DNA of 64,000 bases from Carcharhinus longimanus (Eukaryota): assembly GCA_030264375.1 (NCBI GenBank), contig JASCQW010000043.1, forward strand, positions 92,061,688-92,125,687. The letters are read 5' to 3'. Made by a program: the position numbers and the translations under genes. Of this stretch, positions 38,882 through 52,029 are shown in pieces (position 1 is the stretch's first letter; each line of letters opens with the position of its first letter). The notes beneath the pieces were generated by a model. That model was not told the DNA's origin, did no database searches, and saw only the letters and a program-made list of their open reading frames with translations.

Positions 38882-39180
38882 GGGTGGCACAGAGATTAGC
38901 ACTGCTGCTTCATCGTGCCAAGGACTTTGGTTCAATTCTGGCCTTTGGTCACTGTTTCTGTGGAATCTGCATGGGTTTCCTCTGGGTGCTCAGGTTTCCT
39001 CCCATACTCCAAAGATGTGTGGGTTAGGTTGATTGGCCTTGCTAAATTGCTCCCAAGTGTCAGAGGAACTAGCAGAGTAAATAAATGGGGTTACAGGGAT
39101 AGGCCCTGGGTGGGATTATTGCTGGTGCAGGCTTGATATTCCAAATGGCCTCCTTATGCACTGTATGGATTCTATTCTAT
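38882..39180 (+). mobile_element. HE1/V-SINE nested in the Gypsy pol
   Basis: GGGTGGCACAGAGATTAGCACTGCTGC through to the GATTCTATTCTAT tail. Confidence 0.85.
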
Positions 39181-39767
39181 TATTAAGCAAGCCAAACTAT
39201 CACTGGATCCCTGCTATTTAGGCAATATCAATATCTCCAAAACCACTTTAACTTTAGCTGGATCCACACAGAGTCCTCCATCCTCTAGCAATGTATCCTA
39301 CAAAGGGATCCATTTTGTCAGTACGTAACACTGATAATTGCATGCTGGTAGGAAAGCTTTTCGATTTTTATCTTGGTCTTGACTCAATAATTCAAGCTCT
39401 CAAACTCAATGTCACAAAATCACCTGCACTAACCTCTACCCCTTGTAGTCCTTCCACCACTTCATACATATTTCATTGGAAAACCTCTGTCACTGAGCTA
39501 ATCCCTAAAGGCATTCACAAATTTCCCACAGGATCACCCAAAAGATGTGTGAAATCTTGTAAAATTTGACAACTATTCATCTCTGCACGTATGCCAAAAC
39601 CCACTTTGGACATCAAAAACTGTAAAGAATTCAAGTAGGTGGTACCTACATCTTCAACTGTTGGTCAAGGATGTTGCTCTGACTTGATAACTTTGTTCAA
39701 GTCTTTAGGCTGGGTGCCATCCTTCTTAAGTACAGCTACCTTTGAATTGATTCATGAAATCAGCATT

Positions 39768-40535
39768 TTGATTTGATTTATTGTCACGTGCATTAACATA
39801 CAGTGAAAAGTATTGTTTCCAGCACGCTACAGAGACATGGCATACCTTTCATAGTGAAGGAAACGAGAGAGTGCAGAGTAGTGTTACAGTCATAGCTAGG
39901 GTGTAGAGAAAAATCAACTTAATGCGAGGTAAGTCCATTCAAAAGTCTGACAGCAGCAGAGAAGAAGCTGTTCTTGAGTCAGTTACTATGTGGCCTCAGA
40001 CTTCTGTAACTTTTTCCCGATGGAAGAAGGTGGAAGGGAGAATGTCCGGTCTATGTGGAGTTTACAGTAGGTTTCTTAATTATGTTGGCTGTTTTGCCAA
40101 GGCAACGGGAAGTGTAGACAGGGTCAATGGATGGGAGGTTGGTTTGCGTGATGGATTGGGCTACATTCATGACCTTTTGTAGTNNNNNNNNNNNNNNNNN
40201 NNNNNNNNNNNNNNNNNNNNNNNNNNNNNNNNNNNNNNNNNNNNNNNNNNNNNNNNNNNNNNNNNNNNNNNNNNNNNNNNNNNNNNNNNNNNNNNNNNNN
40301 NNNNNNNNNNNTCTCAATCCTTTCTACTTTGTTCCCATTGATGCACACAGGGGCATGTTCTCCTTTACTCTTCCTGAAGTCAGTGACAATCTCCTTCATT
40401 TTGCTGGGACAGATTATTGGAGAGATTATTGTTGCCGCACCAGTTCACCAGATTCTCTATCTCATTCCTGTACTCTGTGTTGTCATTGTTTGAGATCCGA
40501 CCCACTATGGTGGTGCCGTCAGCAAACTTGAAAAT
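39768..40535 (-). mobile_element. Rex1/Babar-like LINE 3' portion with an N-gap
   Basis: KFADGTTIVGRI, KEIVTDFRKSKGEHAPVCINGNKVERIE and LQKVMNVAQSITQTNLPSIDPVYTSRCLGKTANIIK. Confidence 0.75.
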
Positions 40536-40619
40536 CGAATGAGAGAGTAGAAGCACTGTCCAGGAGCAATGATTTCCTGTCTGACCAAACCATCCTAGAT
40601 TTCCTTCAGCTTTTCCCTT

Positions 40620-41830
40620 AAAAGTACTGGCTCACATCACAAGACAAGGCTAGGTGAGAATGTAAGCTGGAAGGCAGAAAGAGGTTGCAAAGAAATGTAG
40701 ACAGGTTTGGTGAGTAGGCAGCATGGTGGAGTACAAAGTGGGGAAGTGTAAGTGTTTTGTCATAAGATTTGAAAAGTAAAATTGTTTTTAAAAGATGTGA
40801 AACATGTAAATGATGTTCAAAGAGACTTGGGTGAACCCGTATTGGAACACAATAAATTAGCATGAAAATACAGCCAGCTATTAGGGAAATAAATAGCATG
40901 GTGGTCTTTTTTGCAAGGTGACTGGAGTATAAGAATAAAGAAGTCTTGCTACAGTTGTACAGGGCTCGTGAAATTTTCATCTTCAAACTTAAGGAAGGAT
41001 ATATTTACTTTGAAAACATTACAGAATAGGTACACTAGATTGATCCTTGAGATGAAAGAGTAAACTATCACGGTAGACTGGATAAATTGAGTCTATATCC
41101 TCTGGAGTTTAACAGAATGGGAAAGGATTTCATTAAAACATTCAAGATTATGAAGGGGCTTGACAGGGTATATATAGTGCCACAGTGGTTAGCACTAGTG
41201 CCTCACAGTGCCAGGGACCAAGGTTCAATTCCAGTTTTGGGTGATTGTCTATGTGGAGTTTACACATTCTCCCCATATCTGTGTGAGTTTCCTCCAGGTG
41301 CTCCACTTTCCTCCCACAGTCCAGAGATATGCAGGTTAGGTGGATTGGCCGTGCTAAATTACTCCTTAGTGTCCCAAGATGTGTAGGTTAGGGTGGAGTA
41401 GTGGGGTAAATATGTGGGGTTACAGGGATAGGGTCTTGGTGGGAGACTCCATCAAAGAGTCAGTAGAACTCAATGGGCCAAATGGCCTGCTTCTGTAGGA
41501 TTCCTATGATTTCTATACTGAGACATTGTTTCCCCTGGCTAGGGAATGTAAAGAAAGAGACTGCAGTTTTGGACCAGGAGGCCGATCGTTTAGGGCTAAA
41601 ATGAGCAGAAATTTCATCACTCAGATTGTGAACCTTTGGAATTCTCTACCTCATAAGATTATGGATGACCATCACTGAATACATTTGAGGTTGAAATAGA
41701 TAGATTGTTGATTTCTCAAGGAGTAGTGTGATAATGGGGAGCAGGCAAGAAAACAAAGTTGAAGCCTAAGATCATCCTTGGTCATATTGAATAGCAGAGC
41801 TGGCTTGCCATATGGTCTTATCCTGTAATT
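40620..41830 (+). mobile_element. CR1 LINE 3' portion with a nested HE1 SINE (about 41173-41516)
   Basis: AIREINSMVVFFAR*LEYKNKEVLLQLYRA and LYPLEFNRMGKDFIKTFKIMKGLDRV. Confidence 0.85.
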
Positions 41831-41895
41831 ATTTCTGATGCGACATGTTAATCTGGATCTATTCAACAAGTTTGATACAGTACTTGTACAATACT

Positions 41896-42013
41896 GGGGC
41901 AGCACAGTGGCACAGTAGTTAGCACTGCTGCCTCACAGTGCCAAGGACTTGGGTTCAATTTCCAGCTTGGGTCACTGTCTATGTGGAGTTTGCACAGTCT
42001 CCCCTTGTCTGCG
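41896..42013 (+). mobile_element. HE1/V-SINE 5' part, running into an N-gap
   Basis: GGGGCAGCACAGTGGCACAGTAGTTAGCACTGCTGCCTCACAGTGCCAAGG. Confidence 0.85.
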
Positions 42014-42489
42014 NNNNNNNNNNNNNNNNNNNNNNNNNNNNNNNNNNNNNNNNNNNNNNNNNNNNNNNNNNNNNNNNNNNNNNNNNNNNNNNNNNNNNNN
42101 NNNNNNNNNNNNNNNNNNNNNNNNNNNNNNNNNNNNNNNNNNNNNNNNNNNNNNNNNNNNNNNNNNNNNNNNNNNNNNNNNNNNNNNNNNNNNNNNNNNN
42201 NNNNNNNNNNNNNNNNNNNNNNNNNNNNNNNNNNNNNNNNNNNNNNNNNNNNNNNNNNNNNNNNNNNNNNNNNNNNNNNNNNNNNNNNNNNNNNNNNNNN
42301 NNNNNNNNNNNNNNNNNNNNNNNNNNNNNNNNNNNNNNNNNNNNNNNNNNNNNNNNNNNNNNNNNNNNNNNNNNNNNNNNNNNNNNNNNNNNNNNNNNNN
42401 NNNNNNNNNNNNNNNNNNNNNNNNNNNNNNNNNNNNNNNNNNATATAATTTATTCTTGCATGAGATATGTGTGTCACTGACAAAGCTAG

Positions 42490-42822
42490 GATTTGTTGCT
42501 CATCCCTAATTGCCCTTGAACTGAGTGGCTTGCAAGGTCATTTAAGAGGGCAATTAGGGATTCGAACATATTACTACAGATTTGTAATCACAGGGAAGCT
42601 GAACCAAACCAGGTAAGGATGGTAGATTTTCTTCCCTAAAGGGCATTAGTGGGTTTTTACAACAATCAATGATATTTTCATGGTTACTATTACTGAGACT
42701 CCAAATTTATTAATTTAATTTAAATTCCACCAGCTGCAGTGGTGGGATTTAAACCCACGTCCCTAGAGGATTAGTCTGGGTCTTTGGAATACTAGTTCAG
42801 TGACATCACCAATACACCACGA
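42490..42822 (-). mobile_element. tRNA-derived SINE, same family as about 11625-11890 (+)
   Basis: The minus-strand head is GTGGTGTATTGGTGATGTCACTGAACTAGTATTCCA..GGGTTTAAATCCCACCAC. Its tail (AAGGGCAATTAGGGATG) resembles the LINE 3' end at about 62720. Confidence 0.65.
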
Positions 42823-45800
42823 AGTTCATCAATAGATGTGCTCATTAATAACCCAGCCAGTTCATACAGTCAATATGTTGAACCAGGGTTCATACTTGTC
42901 TAATAATGAGAGACTTGTTCCTCCATATTTTACAATCGATGAATTAAACGGTTCCTTCTTTGCAAGCATAAAATTTTCTGTTGCTTTTTAATATAGATAG
43001 AGCAGAATTATGTTATGTTGTGCACCCAGGTTTATTTGGAATCTTAGATAATTTCCAGACTTAATTGTAACACTCCTTGAGTTATCCAAAATCAACAGAA
43101 CACACGAATGACAAATAATTCTGTTGCTCTTGATTCTTCATCTACTGCCCTCGCTGTCTCTCTATATGCACATGATGCTTTTCTATGGCATTTTTCTGAG
43201 AAAGTTTTTCGCATTTTTTGCAAATCTATCGAACAGTTGGGTACAGTTCTCTTTTGTGGAACCTGTGCTTCTCCTCAGAGCTGCAGCACTCCCATGTCTT
43301 TGGGTTTTTTTAGCATTGGCCCAAAGTTTTCCTCTCTCATGTCTTGAGATTTCCTTGGCTTTAAGTATCACAATCACATTATACTCTTTTGGCTTCTCAG
43401 TAATTTTAAGGTATTCCAACATGTGTTTGAACCTCATCCGTCTTCAACGAAGCCATCTTCAACATTGGCCTCTTGAAGCCCTTTCTCTCACATCCATAAT
43501 TCCAAACACAAGTCTGTCTCTAAATATCTCAACAGTGTTATTCCTTTTGTGAGTTTTCCCAGGGCTAAATACAATATTGGTCATATATTTCACCAACTTA
43601 GGCCTCTGAATCTGTGCAATGCATTGTCTACAGGCTTTTAAACCCACACTTGCAATTTCTTAATGTCGATGTCATGTTCTCTCCTATCCTTTTTTCACCT
43701 TTGCTTCCCCTAGGCTCAGCACCTACCTTCCATTAAATAATTCATCCTGTTACTTGTGAAAATGCATTAATCACAATATACACAACATTGGATACAAACT
43801 TCCATAAGGCTACAAGACAGCAATGTTCTAATCACACAGAGTATCTTCAATCGAAGTCAAAGGCTTGCCTTAGCCTCTCCTTCACATAGCCTCACGCATC
43901 CATTAATACAAAGCCTTAAGCAAACAAACTGTAGCCATTTTAAACATTAGTAGATGTATAATTCAGAAACACCCAACACATTACAGGTCAAGAGTGTAAT
44001 CCAATCCACAAATGTAGATTATGTTCATGAACAGGTCTCACTTCATAATTGTAGTTTATCAAAGTCCTTTGATCCTGTGATTAGATTATTGCTTGTAATT
44101 CCTTTGCTCATATCTCTTATTCTATAGTCACAGTAATCAATAGTCACTGAGATAGCTTCTTGTGAGAGCATATTACAGGGTGAATAAACCATGTTTGCTG
44201 ACATCATTGTTCACATACAATGAAATCAGGACAGAAATATGCACTGTTCTATTTAACTGTAGTGAAACATTTCTGCATTATTCCATATTAAACACCTTGA
44301 GGACTACAAGATTCATCTCTCTACATAAGCTAGATTTAACATGTTCTCCTGATTCAGAGAATTCCATCAATTCAGGGAGCTTTATCCATTTCCCTGGTTT
44401 CTCTTTCTTTCTCTCTCTTTCCCCATTCTTTGTGATGAAGCGCTGCTGGAATAATTGATTTCCTGATTTTCAAAGTACTATTTTTGAGTTGTTCTGAGCA
44501 AAGCCATCCCCTAAAGTAATCAAATATTTCTGTCATTTAAATTAGATCAAGAAAATATTTATCAAAATATCATTATCGGCATTATGAACATCAATCGACA
44601 CTTTTGGAGCTCCTGTTGCTTTTTAAAGCAAGAAACCTTGGTGTGTGTTAGACGGTCCGCACACAGTCTTTCTTTCATTGACTTGTTCTGTACTATCACT
44701 GCATCATGGCTTGCTGCTAATTCAAGGATTAGCCTATCCATCATTTGATGGCATCTTCTGATGATGTTTTGCCCATTGAGATTCTAACTCACGCTCTCTG
44801 GGAACTCATCTGCCCGAAGTTGTTGACATTTTCTGGAGGAGGCCAGGTTACTCATCCACCAGTAGCACTTAGTGTTTACCATTCTCAGGTAGCTCACCAT
44901 CCATGGTCATTATGATAACATGGTTTAAGCCTACAACTGACTAGCTAAACACGTCTTGTGTAATACAAATTTACTTAATATTGTCTAGTCAAATACTGGA
45001 AAGTAGCTCCTGAATTCATTTTCTTACCAGTTAATAAATTCTTTTTATTGTGTCTGCAATATATCTCTGATTTGTATATTTTTGTTTTTCTATTTCAACA
45101 ATTTTTTTGATATTTTCTCATTGTTCTTGTCTGGTTGTGCTGCATGATTTTTTTTTACAATATCTTCAATCTCCATCTCTTGTTCCCCTATTTTTTTCAA
45201 ATCCATATTAGCCTGTGTGCTCACTCCCAGGATCTGCTTATTCTCTCAGATTCAACCTTTTGCTAAGTTTTGTCACCTTTCCTCCCTTGCAGACTCTTTC
45301 ATACCAACTCTACCACTCCACAATTTAATGTTAATTAAACTAAAACAAACAAAAAGATTCCCTCTATCTTTCTGATACCCACCCGCTATTTTGTTCTGCT
45401 GCAGTGAAAGCAACATCTTAGACAAAAAGCTCTTGGTATCTTCAGCCTTCAGTTGAAAGCCACTTCTTTTTCTCCACTGATCATGAATATCCAGGCCGCT
45501 GCTGGTTACATCAATCTTCTACAGTGTTTTGAATAGAGCTGCATAGTTACAGTGGCCCACACTTCACTCCTGCTCCGTTATTCAAGATAACTGCTACAGG
45601 TTAGTCTGAAAAACATGACTTTTTGTTTTCACTTCTTTTTTCCAATTTCCTTTCTCTGCTTTGTTTGTTGCATGTTCCATCACTTATATTTACGTCTTTT
45701 GTTCATCCTTAATTTTTATTCACTTTTCCATTATCTTCCTGTGCTCCCTGCATCGCCTCAGTTTCTGTTTACCTCATTTCTCTTTTCCTATTTGAAGTCC

Positions 45801-46019
45801 TTTTTTTTCTGTCTGGCCTTTCAATTCTTTTTACTTTTCGACTCTTATACTTTGTCACCCTTCTGTATTTTTCTTGTGCTTGTTGTCCTTTTCTCTTTCC
45901 CTCTTTGCTCTATGTTCACTGTTTTTTCCTCTAAATATTATTTTGCTATTTTTTCCTTTTTTCTTCAGCAAGCATAAAAGGTCAACAGAATTGAGTGTGA
46001 AATACAGTAACAATTGGAG

Positions 46020-46235
46020 AGGGCATTAGGGAAACAGCCCACCAGAGCAGACAAAGGATCAACAGACCGAGGGGTTAGGCAGCAAAGCAAACAATCAGAT
46101 CGCAGGCAACAAATCAACAATCAGAGAAAGAGCAAGCAATGCTGCAATGATCAGAGAGAGCAAGCGACAGAACAAACAATCAGATCAAGGAAAACGGATT
46201 AACAATCAGACAGCAGGCAACAGAATAGCAACAAC
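46020..46235. repeat. Degenerate tandem repeat with AACAATCAGA...AGCAGGCAAC units
   Basis: AACAATCAGA recurs at about 46090, 46116, 46176 and 46201. Confidence 0.6.
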
Positions 46236-48999
46236 AACTTGCATTTCTATAGCACTTTAACATACAAAATCAGCCCAAGGTGCTTCTCAGGAGCATTATC
46301 AAATAAAAAAAATGACAGTGAGCCACATAAAGAATTATTAGCACAGATATTTTGTCAATGAACCAGGACTGAAGGAGTCTCTTAAAGGAGAAGAGAAAAG
46401 AGATTTAGGGAGGGAATTCCAGAATTGAAGGTCTTAGCAGCTAAACATCAAGTCAAGTGATTTCACAATTGAGCAACAGTCCAAGAGCACAGATGGGAAG
46501 ACTGCATGTCAACTCATTAGAATTGTAATGCTTTACATAGGTGCCAGGCCTTTGCGCATGCAAAATTTTTAGTTTGCATCAGAAAGCTTACAAAAATAAG
46601 GGCTCTACTAGCCTGATAAAGAGGAAGGCGATTGCAGATTAGGAAAATTAAAGATTTTCGGAGTTGCTATATGGTGCAGCTTGCTGTCGATATGAGACAA
46701 GGAGGCCGATGGAACTAAGTTCATAGACAAGTGTAATATTTTATTGTATTGCTGCTGATTGTTTTGAAAATTGTACTGGAGTGCCTCAATCTTGAAAAAT
46801 ACTTCCTGTTGGAATACAACTGTGGCATATTTTTGGCAATGTACAATGTGGAAAGAGAATCATAGAGAATCAAGAGAAAGGTTTGTGCAACATGATAGAT
46901 GAATGAGCGAACAGGGAATAAACAGTTAAAAAAAGAGATTTAAATATTTAACTAATGTGGAAGAAAATTGACATTGATTTACAGCCTTGATAAAGATAAT
47001 AGACCAAAAATTATAAAATGTGTACATGTGTTGGCAAATTTGCATTTTTTACAGTATGGTTCTCAGAAAGAAATAGAACACTTGTTGCACACAATTGTGA
47101 ATCATATATTTTTACAAACTAGGGAAGATTTGTATAAACAAATAACAAAGAAAAAAAACCTTTGTTATTTTTCTTATGACTAGTCATTTTCTGAACTTTT
47201 AGATCAAGGATGTGTTTTTATTTTTTTTATTTCTGGCATTTACATGAAGGGGCTGACAAGCACCAAACCCAATGATGTAATACATTCAGAAAGTGCTTGG
47301 TTTACATAGAGGTACAAAATTGAACAGATGCCCCAGTTTCAGCACACTCAGCAGTACCGCAGGCATATGGAAGTGAAGCAACTCAAGAATAAAATGTACC
47401 AAATGGCTTACGTTCCACTTAAGCCTGCAGTTTTAGAAAAGCCAATTTAACGCTCACAGCATTTTTGAAATTTGTTTCAAATGATATGGTAACAAGTGCT
47501 GAATAAGACACAGATCAGCCCCAAATGTACACTACTTTGCTTCCCATGTTCAATCTACAATAGATTATCAATATCTGTTGATTTATTTCTTTGAAGACAA
47601 AATGGTGCAGCTTCTGTCTAATTAAGTCCATTATATTAAAGTAATGAGAAAAATATGGTGTTAGATTTCCAGATCCAATATTAGAATCAATGCTACTAAT
47701 ATTTGTAAAAGCAATTGTGAACAGCAGAAGACTTACACTGAATATTAGGCACAAATTGGAAATATGCACCATTGTGTGAAGGCTCAAATGATACTAATAC
47801 TGAAGGTCTTTAGCTTAAGTGTCTCTGTGACATATTTTTTGTTGCATGCTTGGATGGAATTGCCACATATGACACGGAGTTTAAGAAGACATCCCCTCAT
47901 ATGAGCAATTCCACAATATACTTTTAAAGCTTATAGTGGAATAGACTGTTCAGCTCCCTGACATCTCAGGAACAGAAGTGCACGCTTTAGTAAAATAATC
48001 TGTGAAGTGTGGCATCCTGCCATTACTACACTGTCTCTAGAGTGGAGTTATTGGCTGCCGACCACAGTGCCAATTCAGATGGAGCTGAATGCAGTGCCAA
48101 TTACTTTTTTTAATTTGCTGCCACTTGACATAACCCATTAATGGAACTGGTCCTGTCCCACCACACCTCAGTGTTACAGCGCAGCGTGCCACTGTTGTGA
48201 TTCCAGATCTGCAGCTTTTTACATGCTCTTATTGTACTATCAGTGTGGAGATGATGTGCCTGTAAAATAATGTCTGAAATACTTGCATTAGTTTGTAACA
48301 TCTGATGTGCTTAGCCCCATTTCATTGAAGGGCCAGTAGTATCACAAACAGAACTATCACTGATAACATCGGGAAAAGGAGCTTGCAGCTCATTCAAGAC
48401 TTTTCCCTTGTTCCTGATCCCGACCATCAGAAAAAGGGAGTGGCTCATCAAGAGGCCTAGCTGCTATAAGAGGTGATAATTTTCTCCACATCACATCTGA
48501 AGCACAGCACTCCCTACAAACCCAGAAAAACAGTTATGGTCCATAGTAGGTTAGGCCCTCTCAAATATGTTGTGAATGCTAAACAACATACAATGCCAAA
48601 GGTGTTTGTACGAATGGTGCTACTTATAGGGAAAAGGTGGGGTGGGAGAATTTGGACTCTAAGAGCCAGCAAAAGAATGAAGGGTCAAATGGCCTTCTTT
48701 TCTGATGTATGACTACAGCCCATTTCCTTACCTAACTTGTCACCTTATCCCAATCTCTTATTTCTCCAGAAATGTATCCAATTGTGTATTGAGCCTGCAT
48801 ATACTGTTTAATGGTCATTCCTACAACCTAGAGTGAAAATTTATCCCTGAATTCCAAATGCCTCATTCTTAACTCTCATCTCTTATTATTAGTATTCATC
48901 AACAGTTTGTGAGAATTTGTTTTGTTCGTTCCTTTTATAATCTTGAAGTCTCTTCATTTCTAAACAGAAGTAGTTAAATTTTCTTCGCATTCCTTGCCT

Positions 49000-49380
49000 C
49001 TGTAGTAGCTCTCACCTCTGGGTCAGAAGGATGTGGGTTCCTCCAGAAGGTCTGAGTCCAGTCTTTCACTTCACAGCATTACTGGGGGAATGCTGTAGTG
49101 TCATGTGTGCTGCTTTTCAGATCAGAAATTAAACCATGGGCCTGCTCTCCCAGGGCAGCGTAAAGGTTCTGATGAGAGCTGAGGAATTCGCTTTGGTGTC
49201 AGAGCCAATATATATCCTTTCACCACCATCACTATCTGGTCTTTATCTCATTTGCTGTTTGTGGGGCATTCCTTTGCACAAATTGTTTATAGCCGTTATT
49301 TACCTTATTAACAGTAACTCCACTTCAATTAAGTGTTTAATAGGAAATAAAGCACTTTGCGATGTCTGAGGTTGTGATAA
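49000..49380 (+). mobile_element. Deu-domain SINE, old copy
   Basis: CTCTCACCTCTGGGTCAGAAGGATGTGGGTTC, TACTGGGGGAATGCTG and TCATTTGCTGTTTGTGGG. Confidence 0.6.
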
Positions 49381-52029
49381 TCTTTCCTTATGATCTTTGT
49401 CACTCGCCTTCATACCTTTAACAAGCAATTCCTATCAATCCGTCCTTCTTATCAATAAATGGCCAAAATAACACTCGGGTTTTTAAAGAGACTTGATATT
49501 TATTCAATAAAAAAGCAGGAATTGTGCTGCTCTGGCAGAGTGGGGTTCTCGCATCGAGCACAGGGAGGCTCTCTGCGGTTAAATATTTCAAATGTTAGTT
49601 CATAATAGATTTGGCCTCAAACATACGCTTTTGCCAATTCCTCAGGGTAGTGGCTTCAATTGGTCTCTCAGGAAAATATTCACAGGACGGATTGTCATTG
49701 TCTAGCCCGGCAGGGTCAGTGAGCGGAAACACTCGGGGAGATCAAAGCAACAGCAGCGAACTCTCTGGGAGGGATTGGTTCACCAGGCGGTTCTTCATGC
49801 AACCAAGCTCCTTTAATAATGAATGAATCTCCAACAACGTTCATAGCACCGAAATTTCATTAAGCGATTAACGACAAATAAAAGCTTCCACCTCGAGCCA
49901 TCTGGTGACTGCAACCTAAGAATGATAAAGGGCGGACACGATAAGGTGTGGAGCTGAGACAGCTTCGCCTGTGCCGCAGAGATCCTACACTAAGTCAAAG
50001 GCACTTTGCCTCAGTTGTGCAAAAATAAACTTTCGATCGGGTGTGCAGGCTCCGTTGATGGACTGTGCAACTGAGGCTGCTTTATTGAAGCAAAGCGTTT
50101 CTAGTCCTGCTGCTACATTAATTACAGTGAAATGTAGAAGAGAGAACTCCTATGGTCACTTAGATTGTCAGGGGTAAATGGCCTGCATTAATCAACAGAT
50201 AACTCCTTTATAAAGGCCCTCCTCCCTTTAAACTTAGATGAGGAATGAAGGCCCCCTCTTTTGTATAGCAATCCACGACAGATGTCCTTGTGCTGAGACA
50301 CAGCAACAGCTCTCCCACCAAGGCACAACATCTGCTCCAAGTCCATTTACTCCAGGAAACAGAGAAGGGAAAATTGCTCTTTAATTCATGCAAAAGCCCT
50401 ACAGACATTGCCTTCCGTTTATCCCTGTCAACCAATGTTCTGTGACCCACTGGGTTAAGCGCGAAGCTAATCTGAGAACAATCAAGTGCAAGTAAATACA
50501 GAAAGAGTAACAATGGTTTTTTTTTAATCAGCCCAGTTCCTCCAGGTCAATTGCCTCATGGGGCAAAAACAAAGTGAGATTGTACAGGTCAGATGGAACT
50601 GGTGGATATGAATATTCTAGGAATACAGGACCAGCACCACTGCAGGCGACTGTAAAAGAGCAGCACTATTACAGGGGTCACAAGTACAAAGACCAGAATC
50701 AAGACGACTGCTGTCCTGCTGTAAGACATATTAATTCCTGCACTATATTCCAGGTCTGAAATAGAAAGACTTTCCATTTACACTATTCACCTTCACAGTC
50801 ACAACGCCTTCACAGCCACCGAATTGCTTGTTTTTTAAGTGTTTTGTAGACAAATGTATCAATCAATTACACATAGCAAGATGTGACAAACAACAAACAG
50901 ATAAATGACCAGCTGGTGGTCCAAATTGCCATGGATTGTTTGTCCACCTGAAAGAGTAGGTGCGACTTCAGTTTTATATCCAATTGGAAAAGGGGCCTTG
51001 CAGTTATATATTTCCTTTCACAAACTTAGGATTTCCGAAATGCTTTATAGCCATTATCTGCATTTTCATTGGACGGAATCTTGTGTGCCTGACCTGCTGC
51101 CTGGGAAAGCTGTGAGACACCCAGGCTGACTCTGAGGCAGCAGGCAAAGGCTTGCCATATCTTCCACCCACCAGAACAGCAGTGAGCCATCCTCCAGACT
51201 CCAGACCCTGGGAGACAACTGCCCGCCAAGAGCTGCCAACAATTGAGAGGCTAGCAGCTCCTGCACCCGGCAGCGCCACAGAGGACAGCAGGGCTGCTGC
51301 CAGAATACCCAGTCCCAGGACAGTGGAGAGTCCTAGGAGAAAGATAAATGCTGCTGGCCTTTTCTTGTCAGCTTGGATCATGATTTTCTCTTGAGTGGAG
51401 ACAGTGAATTGGGTTCAATTTGTCTTTTGGAGCAAGCAAAGAGATGGCTTTGTAACTTCAAGAATTTTTTTAAAGAAGTTGGGAATGGGGAGGGAGGGTG
51501 TGTGGGTAAGGGAATTGCAGCTAGGGAAGGGGCAGGTCATCAGTGGCCATCCCCATGCCCCATCTCCATACCCTCAATCATGCACAGATTAGTGCAGATC
51601 AAGGCACCATCCCCCTTAAGCTGACGTGTAGCCCCCACAGTTTACCAAGCACACAGGCCACATGTCGGCAGGCCCCCTTGGAGCCATGGAGGTTGCAGCA
51701 AAAACGGGAAGAGGCCCTTAAGAAGCCATAAATTGGCCACTTAAGTGGTTCAAGTAGAGGTAGGAGCAGAAAGATCAAGCACTAAGTCTTCTCACCCAAA
51801 ACATCCCAGAAGGAAAAAAAGCAGTAACATGGGGAAATAGGAATACTGGTTCAGACTGCTTTTTGCTTCCAGAGGAGGCAGAAAGGCATCGGGTATCAGT
51901 CCTGGTGCCAACCCACCAAAGTTTCAGGCCCGTCTGCCTGCCTCTTTGCTCGGGGCAGGGGCAGAAGATTCCAGCCACAGTAGCTATTATAATATAGGAA
52001 GCCAATGTGTGTATAAACAACTATGATAT

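Larger units (their letters stand above)
37100..43740 (-). mobile_element. Decayed Ty3/Gypsy LTR retrotransposon (gag, RNase H, integrase) with nested SINEs, a Rex1-like LINE and a CR1
   Basis: Gag-like IFRDRLVFGIMD (about 43510), RNase H PVLGYYNLKVDVTLQCGAFSSGLGVALIQ (38750-38660), and integrase ARPWPNVG..IVCEHYSNF..KMFTRFGIPGIVVTHN (37930-37740). The order RH then IN is the Gypsy arrangement. LTRs were not identified. Confidence 0.8.

Noticed and set aside
41863-42509. ORFs of 155-206 aa
   Set aside because: They consist mostly of X residues from an N-gap plus SINE sequence.
51004-51394. 125-aa hydrophobic minus-strand ORF and its antisense ORF
   Set aside because: There is no recognisable homology or convincing splice site, and it lies in a GC-richer stretch next to a TIR-type repeat.
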